Below, in pieces: positions 1 to 7,934 of a DNA stretch of 64,000 nucleotides; position 1 is the stretch's first letter; each line of letters begins with the position of its first letter. The DNA is taken from contig JAFDVI010000012.1 of assembly GCA_018269055.1 (NCBI GenBank), positions 93,820 to 157,819 of the forward strand, in the 5' to 3' direction. The position numbers were made by a program, and so were the translations under genes. The notes below the pieces were generated by a model. The model did not search any database. It was not told the DNA's origin and saw only the letters and a list, made by a program, of their open reading frames with translations. This stretch comes from Acidobacteriota bacterium. Its GTDB lineage: Bacteria > Acidobacteriota > Blastocatellia > RBC074.

Positions 1-103
1 CAGATTCAGTTTGCGCTGAAACTGATCTTCTAATCATTTGGGTTAATCTTTTGGATGGGGCAATTTAGAAAATTGCCCCATCGCTCTTTTTAGGCTGGCT
101 GCG

Positions 104-1210
104 ATGAAAATAAACCGTCTGTTTTTCCCTTTCGCTTTTATCCTGCTTCTAACCATAGTAGTTTTCGCTCAGAACAAAACCGAAAACGTCATCCTGATCA
201 CCTTCGACGGTGCGCGCACACAGGAAATCTTTGGCGGACTTGACCTGGACATCCTGAAAGACAAAACCCGGCGCGGTAAAGTCGAAGATTCCGCGCTTTA
301 CAAAAAGTTTTGGGCGGCGACTCCCGAAGAACGTCGAATGAAATTGATGCCGTTTTTCTGGGGAACGCTGATGAAGGATTACGGTTCGATTGCCGGAAAT
401 CGTTCGCTTGGCAGCGCCGTGATGACCACGAACAAAATGTGGTTTTCGTATCCGGGCTATTCTGAAATCCTGACCGGACAGGCGCACGATGACGTCATCA
501 ATAGCAATGACCGCAATCGTAATCCGAACACGAGCGTGCTGGAATTCCTGAAACGCAAACTGAAGCTGACCAAAAACCAGGTGGCGCTGTTCGGTTCCTG
601 GGATGTGTTCAATTGGATTGGCGAACACGAAGAAGGCGCGGTGACCATCAACGCCGGTCACGAACCGTATGAAAGCGCCGATCCTGAAATCAAGGTTTTG
701 GCCAAGTTGCAGAACGAAAAGCTCAGCCCTTGGGACAGCGTTCGTTTCGATTATTTCACCGTGCGTTTTGCACTGGAGCATTTGCGAAAGTATCAACCGC
801 GCGTCGTGCACATTGCGCTGGGTGAAACAGACGATTGGGCGCACGCGGGCGATTACAACCACGTGCTGGAATCCTTTCGCCACAACGACCAGCAGTTGAA
901 GCAGATTTGGGAATTCCTGCAAAGTTCGCCAAAATACAGGGGCAAGACTTCCATTCTCTTCACAACCGATCACGGTCGCGGAAAAACCATTCGGGATTGG
1001 ACGGATCACGGCGAAAAGGTTCCCGAAGCGCAGTATATCTGGATGGCGTTTGTCAGCCCCGATAGCCAGCTTCGCGGCGAATGGAAAAACACGGAAACGA
1101 TTTATCAGAACCAGGCGGCAGCAACGTTGTGCCGCTGGCTGAACCTGGATTACAGCGAAAACAATCCGCAAGCAGGCAAGCCTGTCACGGAACTGTTCGG
1201 CAAAAAGTAA
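104..1210 (+). CDS. Exported alkaline-phosphatase-superfamily metalloenzyme (nucleotide pyrophosphatase/phosphodiesterase-like)
   Basis: N-terminal signal peptide ([23 protein letters not shown]); metalloenzyme motifs [28 protein letters not shown] and TTDHGRG typical of AP/NPP-type phosphoesterases. Confidence 0.55.
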   Translation: MKINRLFFPFAFILLLTIVVFAQNKTENVILITFDGARTQEIFGGLDLDILKDKTRRGKVEDSALYKKFWAATPEERRMKLMPFFWGTLMKDYGSIAGNRSLGSAVMTTNKMWFSYPGYSEILTGQAHDDVINSNDRNRNPNTSVLEFLKRKLKLTKNQVALFGSWDVFNWIGEHEEGAVTINAGHEPYESADPEIKVLAKLQNEKLSPWDSVRFDYFTVRFALEHLRKYQPRVVHIALGETDDWAHAGDYNHVLESFRHNDQQLKQIWEFLQSSPKYRGKTSILFTTDHGRGKTIRDWTDHGEKVPEAQYIWMAFVSPDSQLRGEWKNTETIYQNQAAATLCRWLNLDYSENNPQAGKPVTELFGKK

Positions 1211-1260
1211 ACGTCAGATAAGGGCCGGCAATAAGACCGGCATTCAGGACTAGAAGCACC

Positions 1261-2508
1261 ATGGCAGCAACTCTTGCAGAGGCTCCGGCCAACCAAGCTG
1301 TTGACCGTCCTATTCCACCTTCCACCAATCAAACCGTCAGTAAAGTTGTCCGATTGACTTCCATGGATGCCTATCGCGGCTTCGTCATGTTCTTGATGGT
1401 CGCGGAGGTGTTGCATTTGAGTCGTGTTGCCGCCGCGCATCCCAACTGGTTTTGGAATTTCCTGGCGCGACATCAAACGCACGTCGAATGGTATGGCGCT
1501 TCGCTGCACGATTTGATCCAGCCATCGTTTTCCTTTCTGGTCGGCGTGGCGCTTCCCTACTCCATCGCCAGCCGCGAAACCAAAGGCGAAGCCAAAGCCA
1601 AAATGTTCGCGCACGCCGCCTGGCGAGCCTTGATTCTGATTTTGCTCGGCGTTTTCCTTCGTTCAGTCGGCAAGCTGCAAACGTATTGGACGTTTGAAGA
1701 CACGCTGTCGCAAATCGGAATGGGGTATCTGTTCTTGTTTGCCTTGGGATTTCGTTCGACAAAAGTTGTCTGGGCTTCGCTGGCACTGATCCTGTTTGGT
1801 TATTGGCTGGCATTTGTGTTGTATCCGCTGCCGCCGCCGGGATTCGATTACACGGCGGTCGGTGTTCCCGCCGACTGGCCGTATCACGCCACGGGAATCG
1901 CAGCGCACTTCAACAAAAACAGCAATCTCGCATGGGCTTTCGACACGTGGTTTTTGAATCTGTTTTCGCGCGAAAAACCCTTCACCAACAACGGAGGCGG
2001 TTACGCAACGCTCAGCTTCATCCCTACGCTCGGCACGATGATTCTGGGCTTAATCGCTGGCCGCTGGCTGCGTGAAGAGGCTTCCGACAAATCAAAACTT
2101 CAAAAACTTGCGCTTGCCGGAATCGCGGGTGTTGCGTTCGGTTTGGCGCTGCACTATTCCGGCATCTGCCCTTCGGTCAAACGCATCTGGACGCCAAGCT
2201 GGACGATTTTCAGTGGCGGCTGGTGCTTTCTGCTGCTGGCCGGGTTTTACGGTTTGGTTGATATGCTTGGTTACAAACGGTGGGCTTTCCCGCTGGTCGT
2301 TATCGGCATGAACTCGATTGCGATTTATGTCCTGTCGCATTTGATTGAAAAATTCATCCTCGCATCGTTCCGCATTCACTTCGGCCAGAATGTGTTCAAT
2401 GTGTTTGGCGATGGTTATTCCTGGCTGCTGAGCGGCTGGGCCGTAATCCTGGTTTTCTGGCTGATACTTTACTGCATGTACAAGAAAAAACTGTTCATCC
2501 GAATCTGA
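1261..2508 (+). CDS. DUF5009/HGSNAT-like membrane acyltransferase (heparan-alpha-glucosaminide N-acetyltransferase family)
   Basis: N-terminal [13 protein letters not shown] motif followed by multiple hydrophobic helices; the start may be the internal Met just before DAYRG. Confidence 0.6.
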   Translation: MAATLAEAPANQAVDRPIPPSTNQTVSKVVRLTSMDAYRGFVMFLMVAEVLHLSRVAAAHPNWFWNFLARHQTHVEWYGASLHDLIQPSFSFLVGVALPYSIASRETKGEAKAKMFAHAAWRALILILLGVFLRSVGKLQTYWTFEDTLSQIGMGYLFLFALGFRSTKVVWASLALILFGYWLAFVLYPLPPPGFDYTAVGVPADWPYHATGIAAHFNKNSNLAWAFDTWFLNLFSREKPFTNNGGGYATLSFIPTLGTMILGLIAGRWLREEASDKSKLQKLALAGIAGVAFGLALHYSGICPSVKRIWTPSWTIFSGGWCFLLLAGFYGLVDMLGYKRWAFPLVVIGMNSIAIYVLSHLIEKFILASFRIHFGQNVFNVFGDGYSWLLSGWAVILVFWLILYCMYKKKLFIRI

Positions 2509-2541
2509 AACCTGGGTACGCATCGCTTCCAGCGTGCGGAT

Positions 2542-3981
2542 GTGGCAAGCGGCGCATTTAGAGACAAAGCGGCAATCGCCAAAACCGCGAGCCGGAGGCA
2601 TCGCGTACCCAGGCTAATCACCGAAATGACAAACAACCAAGACCCGTATCAACTTCGGCCCGAAGACGTGGCCGAACCACCTTCAACGTTGCTCGAATCA
2701 TTCAAGCGCATCGGCCCCGGAATGATTCTGGCGGCATCCATCGTCGGCTCAGGCGAACTGATTGCCACCACTACGCTCGGCGCAAAAGTCGGTTATGCCG
2801 CGTTGTGGATCATTCTGCTGAGCTGTTTCATCAAACCTGCCGTCCAAGCCGAAATGGGACGCTACATCATTGCAACCGGGGAAACCGGCCTGGAAAGTTT
2901 CAATCACGTTCCCGGCCCGCGGTTGAAAGTCAATTGGATTGTCTGGGCATGGATTCTGATGACCTTGATGACGATGTTTCAGGTCGGCGCGATGTTCGCT
3001 GGAGTTTCTCAAGTCATGTTTTTGTTGACTGGCATCGCCGTCAAAATCTGGGTTTTGATCTTTCTGGCGATCACGCTGGCGTTGCTGCTGGGTGGAGGCT
3101 ATGACCGTATCGAAGGCATTGCGATGATCAAAGTCGGTTTATTCACGATGCTGACGTTTCTGGCGGCGATGCTGTTGATCCGCATGCCGCAGTATTTTTC
3201 GTGGGATGAGTTTCTGAACGGCTTCAAGTTCAAGATGCCGGGCGCTGGCTTTGCTGACGCGGTCGCCGTCTTCGGCATCACAGGCGTCGGTGCAAGCGAA
3301 TTGTTTATGTATCCGTACTGGTGTGTTGAAAAAGGCTACGCCCGATTTACCGGCAAGCGCGAAGAGACGCCGGAATGGAACAAACGTGCCCGCGGTTGGA
3401 TTCGCGTCATGCACCTGGACATCATCAGTTCGATGGTCATTTACACCGTCGCGACCATTGCGTTTTACATGCTCGGCGCAGGCGTGTTGCATGGAATGGG
3501 GTTGATTCCCAAAGACAGCGAGATGATTTCGACTTTGTCGAACATTTACACGCAAACATTGGGCAGTTGGTCAAAATGGATTTTCTACGTCGGCGCAATC
3601 GTCACGCTATACGGGACCATCTTTGCGTCACTGGCAGCCAATACGCGAATCTTTGCCGACATTGCGCGGCTGATGGGATTTTTCAAGGCCGATGACGGCG
3701 AAGCCCGCGTGCGGTACCGCAAAGGTTTTTTGCTGGCTTTGAGCGTCGTTCCGCTGGCGCTCGTCTTCAACTTCAAAGACCCTGTGCAGATGGTCCGAAT
3801 CGGCGGAATTTCCCAGGCGATGATGCTGCCCATTATTGCCATCGGCACGCTTTACCTGCGCTATCGCCGCTTGCCGAAACAAATCATTTCCGGTGCCTGG
3901 CAAACCGTCGGGCTATGGGTTGCTTCCATCGTCATCATTGGGCTGATGGGGTATTCGGTGATCAAGGCAGTTTGGCCCTGA
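2542..3981 (+). CDS. Nramp-family transporter with non-canonical metal-binding motif
   Basis: TM1 signature FKRIGPGMILAASIVGSGELIATTTLGAKVGYAALW matches the Nramp template GPG...DPGN...GA..GY.LLW, but DPGN is replaced by GSGE; 11-12 predicted TM helices; GTG start at 2542, alternative ATG at 2626 (MTNNQDPY). Confidence 0.7.
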   Translation: MASGAFRDKAAIAKTASRRHRVPRLITEMTNNQDPYQLRPEDVAEPPSTLLESFKRIGPGMILAASIVGSGELIATTTLGAKVGYAALWIILLSCFIKPAVQAEMGRYIIATGETGLESFNHVPGPRLKVNWIVWAWILMTLMTMFQVGAMFAGVSQVMFLLTGIAVKIWVLIFLAITLALLLGGGYDRIEGIAMIKVGLFTMLTFLAAMLLIRMPQYFSWDEFLNGFKFKMPGAGFADAVAVFGITGVGASELFMYPYWCVEKGYARFTGKREETPEWNKRARGWIRVMHLDIISSMVIYTVATIAFYMLGAGVLHGMGLIPKDSEMISTLSNIYTQTLGSWSKWIFYVGAIVTLYGTIFASLAANTRIFADIARLMGFFKADDGEARVRYRKGFLLALSVVPLALVFNFKDPVQMVRIGGISQAMMLPIIAIGTLYLRYRRLPKQIISGAWQTVGLWVASIVIIGLMGYSVIKAVWP

Positions 3982-3996
3982 TTCACGCCATCAAAA

Positions 3997-4048
3997 AATA
4001 CGTCCGACCTTGAGCCTGTCTCATTCTCAAGTCGGACGTACTTTTGAC
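3997..4048. terminator. Bidirectional rho-independent terminator between convergent genes
   Basis: about 14-bp stem with one bulged C, CGTCCGAC(C)TTGAG ... CTCAAGTCGGACG, flanked by A-run upstream and TTTT downstream. Confidence 0.7.
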
Positions 4049-4087
4049 CTCTACTTTTATGCGAACTAACAATGAAGCGGTTTGTTC

Positions 4088-5092
4088 TTACTGTCCTTTC
4101 ATCTTTCGGACATAGTTGCTGTCAACGCCGTGAATTTTGAGCTTCACCAGATCGTCAACCGTCAGGTTATTGAACCCAGCATCTTTCATTTCCCGGATGA
4201 ATTTGCCGTTCACGCCGTGAATTTTCATCGCAATCAGCTTGTCCACCGGAATGCTGCTGAATCCATACGATTCCAAATCTTTGACGTATTCGCCGTTAAT
4301 GCCATGAATTCTCATTGCCACCAGCTTATCGAACGGCACACCAGTGTACCCCAGAGCTTGAATCCCTTTGACGTACTCTTCATTGATGCCGTGAATCCGC
4401 ATGGTGATCAATTGATCTACCGTCAACTCTCCGTATCCCAGCGACCTGGCTTGAGCGATGAACTCTTTGTCCACGCCGTGAATGCGCATGGCGATCAGCT
4501 TATCCACCGGAACCTGTTTGTAACCGGCGGATTCGATTTCCCGGATGAAGTTGCCGTCAGCGCCGTGAATTCGCATGGCGATCAGCTTGTCTATCTCGAC
4601 CTTTTCATATCCCAGCGACTTTAACTCGCTGATAAAGCGCGTGCCGACATCGTGCATGGTCATTGTGAAGAGCTTGTTGGTAGAGATTTCTCCGTACCCC
4701 ATTCCCTGCAGGGAACTGGCAAAACTCCGATTCGGCGAAAACTTGAAATCGCCGACGCCTTTGCCATTCGCGAACAAGCCTGTGAAAACGACGATTCCCG
4801 CTTCGCGCTGCAAACTGAATTGAGCATTTGAACCGGCGTTCGGGTTTAGACCCGTAAAATCGCCAATGGGAAAATCCGAACTCATCTGCCAATGGCCTTT
4901 TCGATTTTCCGAGTCGGCATTGAGCGAGAGCCAGAGCATTGTCCCTTTGGGCGTCTCCTTCACCTTGGCCGTCCAATCACCGGAAATAGCTTCCTGCGCC
5001 AAAACAGCTTCGGGTTTGTGAAAGCCGTACACGATCAAAGCAGCCACACAAATCAGTGCGACCACACTACAAAGCAAAACTTTCTTGAGCAT
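4088..5092 (-). CDS. Exported tandem-repeat protein (6.5 x ~29-aa repeat shared with adjacent BlaR1-like sensor)
   Basis: Good RBS GGAGGG upstream of ATG at 5092; N-terminal signal/anchor MLKKVLLCSVVALICVAALIVYG; ~150-aa unique domain, then repeats KLIAMRIHGVDKEFIAQARSLGYGELTVD and variants. Confidence 0.85.
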   Translation of the reverse strand: MLKKVLLCSVVALICVAALIVYGFHKPEAVLAQEAISGDWTAKVKETPKGTMLWLSLNADSENRKGHWQMSSDFPIGDFTGLNPNAGSNAQFSLQREAGIVVFTGLFANGKGVGDFKFSPNRSFASSLQGMGYGEISTNKLFTMTMHDVGTRFISELKSLGYEKVEIDKLIAMRIHGADGNFIREIESAGYKQVPVDKLIAMRIHGVDKEFIAQARSLGYGELTVDQLITMRIHGINEEYVKGIQALGYTGVPFDKLVAMRIHGINGEYVKDLESYGFSSIPVDKLIAMKIHGVNGKFIREMKDAGFNNLTVDDLVKLKIHGVDSNYVRKMKGQ

Positions 5093-5140
5093 TTTCTATC
5101 CCTCCGAGGTTGGTTGTGAATCGGCGCTTGCCGCCGTGTG

Positions 5141-7327
5141 TCAGCGTTGCCCCTTGAGCAAAATGGTATCAATTCCCTGAATTTTCATTTGGATCATCTG
5201 GTTGACCGAGATATTTTTCAGCCCGGCCGCTCGCAGCTTTTTCACATAATCTGCGGTGACATCGTGAATGCGCATCTGCACCAATTGTTCGACTGACAGA
5301 TTTTTGAAGCCAAGGTCGGCCATTTCCTTAATGTACTGTTCGCTCACATCGTGGATTTTCATTTGTGTCAGTAGGCCGATGGAAATGTTGTCGTAACCGA
5401 GAGATTTCAACGCCTTGGCATATTCCGGCGTCACGCCGTGAATTTTGATCTGCATCAATTCTTCCAATGAAGGTTTGCGGCCAATCCAGCGTTGAATCTC
5501 GCTCACATACATTTCGTCAATGCCGTGAACTTTCAAACCTAAGAGCTTCTCAGCGGTCAAATTCTCGTACCCGGACTTGCGCATGGATTCGATGAATTCG
5601 GGAGTCACACCGTGAAGTTTCATCGCGGAAAGCTTGGACAATTTCTGGTCGCCAAAACCCGCGCGTTTCATCGTGGCAATGTAATCCGGCGTCACGCCTG
5701 AGACTTTCAACTGAACCAGTTCATTGACCGAAATTTGTCCACCATTCCAAGTTTTTGCCTGTTGGATGAATTCTTCGGTGACACCGTGAATGCGCAAGTT
5801 CGTCAATTCGTGAACGGTCAGATTGTCCAGACCCGCCTTGCGCATGGACGCGATGAATTCCGGCGTCACGTTCTGCGACTTCAATTGTACGATTTGATCC
5901 ACGGTCAAATCTGAAGACTGCGCCTTTGTCTGGTCTTGTTCCGCCGAAAAGGAGTTTTCGGGTTTCGGGTCGCCAAGATCGTTGCTCGTTGGTGTTTTGG
6001 CTGGCTCGGCGGCGGCTTTCACCTGCTCTTTCGCCAGTTCGATTTCGGCTGGTTGCGTTTTCGCTGTCTGCGGCTCAGTTGAAATGACGGAATCTCGATT
6101 GATCTGTGATTTGGTAGGAGTTAAGGGAGAATCGGCGGCGGCTTTCCAGGGCTGCACAACCGCCAACGACAACACCAAACAAAAAGCTCCGATGTTGGCC
6201 AAGAGCAAGCCGGACCGGTTCAAGCCACATCGTTTGACAGCCGGATTGAGAATGCAGCGCACGCGATTTTCCAATTGCGAACAGGCCAGTCCCACCGCGA
6301 CGGGAGAATAGTGTTGCATCGAACGAGCATTTCCCGGCTCGCCAGCACCGAACGATTTGGCAATTTCAACTAAGTGCTGGGCGTAGTCGGTGGCTTTCGT
6401 TCCCGCTTCCAGGACTCTGTCATCACAAGCCAACTCGCGTTCAACACGCAGACGTTTGGCCGCCAGCCACACCAGGGGGTTAAACCAATACATCGCGCAG
6501 GCAAGTTGCGCCAGATTTTGCGTCAGACAATCGCGGCGTTTTACGTGCGCCAGCTCATGCAGCAACACGACATTCCTGCATTGTTGCGACCATGCATTGG
6601 CTTCGAACGGTAACATCACACTGGAGCGCAAGGCCCCTATGGTCATGGGCATTTCAATTTGCTCGCTGCGCAACAATCCGACCTTGCCACGAATGCCCAA
6701 CTTTGCCGCCAGGTCGGTGATTGTCGAAATCCACTGGCTTTCGGTGACGGGTTTAGCTTGATTTGCCAGACGTTGAACCCTGAACGTTCCCGCGAGCAAT
6801 CTGGCAATGACCAGCAAGGCTCCGAAAATCCAGAATCCGAGTGCGGCCATTTGCCAATTCACGGCCCCCAAGAAGGATGAAAGATTGGTCTGCCAGGCAG
6901 GCTTTGCTGAGAGAGTTGACCCCCCTCCGTCAGGTTCGATTTCAAATCTGAACGTTCGAATCGTTTCGCTGGGAGTGATCCTTGTGTATTGACTGATGTT
7001 TTCACTCGCTGTCGAAGAAATCGGGGTAACCAGAATTGAAGGCGTCGGGGCATTGCGATTTGCGTCCAATGCGGTTTCTATCCTCGGCGTTGGCGAAGGC
7101 AATAAACCCAATCTCCAACCGGGCAAAAGGAAGGACAAAAATGGCAACGCCAACAAGCCCATTACCGCTGCGCTCCAAATCCAATGACGGATTGCGGCGG
7201 AAATCCGGAGCAACGACGCGGTCAAAGCCCAAGCCAGCAAAAGCAAGACAGTGCTTTTGATCGCCCAATCCAGCGGAATCTGAAGACTCCCGAGCAAACC
7301 ATTCGTCAGCGTGTTCAGTTCTGCCAT
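5141..7327 (-). CDS. blaR1: BlaR1-family M56 peptidase signal transducer with C-terminal tandem ~29-aa repeats in place of a penicillin-binding sensor domain
   Basis: HEXXH zinc motif VLLHELAHVKRRD inside a multi-TM N-terminal region; low-complexity Pro/Ala/Lys linker; then 8.5 repeats such as ELTNLRIHGVTEEFIQQAKTWNGGQISVN; RBS GGGAGGG; start 1 nt after the blaI stop. Confidence 0.9.
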   Translation of the reverse strand: MAELNTLTNGLLGSLQIPLDWAIKSTVLLLLAWALTASLLRISAAIRHWIWSAAVMGLLALPFLSFLLPGWRLGLLPSPTPRIETALDANRNAPTPSILVTPISSTASENISQYTRITPSETIRTFRFEIEPDGGGSTLSAKPAWQTNLSSFLGAVNWQMAALGFWIFGALLVIARLLAGTFRVQRLANQAKPVTESQWISTITDLAAKLGIRGKVGLLRSEQIEMPMTIGALRSSVMLPFEANAWSQQCRNVVLLHELAHVKRRDCLTQNLAQLACAMYWFNPLVWLAAKRLRVERELACDDRVLEAGTKATDYAQHLVEIAKSFGAGEPGNARSMQHYSPVAVGLACSQLENRVRCILNPAVKRCGLNRSGLLLANIGAFCLVLSLAVVQPWKAAADSPLTPTKSQINRDSVISTEPQTAKTQPAEIELAKEQVKAAAEPAKTPTSNDLGDPKPENSFSAEQDQTKAQSSDLTVDQIVQLKSQNVTPEFIASMRKAGLDNLTVHELTNLRIHGVTEEFIQQAKTWNGGQISVNELVQLKVSGVTPDYIATMKRAGFGDQKLSKLSAMKLHGVTPEFIESMRKSGYENLTAEKLLGLKVHGIDEMYVSEIQRWIGRKPSLEELMQIKIHGVTPEYAKALKSLGYDNISIGLLTQMKIHDVSEQYIKEMADLGFKNLSVEQLVQMRIHDVTADYVKKLRAAGLKNISVNQMIQMKIQGIDTILLKGQR

Positions 7328-7328
7328 T

Positions 7329-7718
7329 TCATCTACCCTCCCGTTTGGCCGTTTCGATCATCTGTGAGAGCCGGTCAAGCTCTTCGTCACTTAATTTGGA
7401 CTTGGACAGCGTCAGCAAGGCCGCCATTGCCTGTTCAGCCGAACCGTCAAAGAATGTTTCCAGCATCTGCTTCAAGGCGGATTTTCTGGCTTTTTCGCGC
7501 GCAAGCGTTGGTTTGAAAACATACTTTTGGCCGTCCTGTTCGTGCCGCAGATACCCCTTTTCTTCCAACAACCGCAACATTGCGCGAACGGCGGAATAAC
7601 TTGGCGGGTTCGGCAGGCTTTCCTGTACCTCTGCCGCCGTCGCCTGGCCACGCTGATAAATGACATCCATGATCTGCCGCTCCCGGCGGCTCAAATGATG
7701 ATGGGAATTGTCGCTCAT
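7329..7718 (-). CDS. blaI: BlaI/MecI/CopY-family transcriptional repressor
   Basis: MSDNSHHHLSRRERQIMDVIYQRGQATAAEVQESL...YSAVRAMLRLLEEKGYLRHEQDGQKYVFKPT, a winged-helix penicillinase-repressor signature; translationally coupled to the blaR1-like gene. Confidence 0.9.
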   Translation of the reverse strand: MSDNSHHHLSRRERQIMDVIYQRGQATAAEVQESLPNPPSYSAVRAMLRLLEEKGYLRHEQDGQKYVFKPTLAREKARKSALKQMLETFFDGSAEQAMAALLTLSKSKLSDEELDRLSQMIETAKREGR

Positions 7719-7777
7719 ATCTGCTTCCTGATTTTTGGTAAATGGTGACGCTTTCGTTGAAACCTGTCTGCTAATTT

Positions 7778-7807
7778 TCTAGCACCAAGATGCTAGTTTT
7801 TTAGCAT
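7778..7807. promoter_or_regulatory. Candidate BlaI operator: inverted repeat CTAGCA-N7-TGCTAG plus a third TAGCA half-site
   Basis: tCTAGCAccaagaTGCTAGtttttTAGCAtc lies ~60-90 bp upstream of blaI (minus strand) and ~130 bp upstream of the divergent OPT gene. Confidence 0.45.
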
Positions 7808-7934
7808 CACATCTCAAAAGCGTCAAGTGCTTTTCTTGTAGAAACCTGACCACCGGCTTTGCCGCCGACACTGAATCTTGTAAAGTTCATTTGCCACCTG
7901 ATTTTGATTCCACATCAAGCAAGGAGAAATGTGC

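Noticed and set aside
149-1171. 340-aa ORF on the minus strand fully antisense to the AP-superfamily gene
   Set aside because: It is a shadow ORF typical of high-GC DNA. It has no recognisable motifs, while the plus-strand product has signal peptide and metalloenzyme motifs.
4082-4624. 180-aa plus-strand ORF with its own internal repetition (AVNAVNF...HAVNFH...)
   Set aside because: It is the antisense mirror of the 29-aa repeat array in the minus-strand gene. Its periodicity is an artefact of the repeat on the opposite strand.
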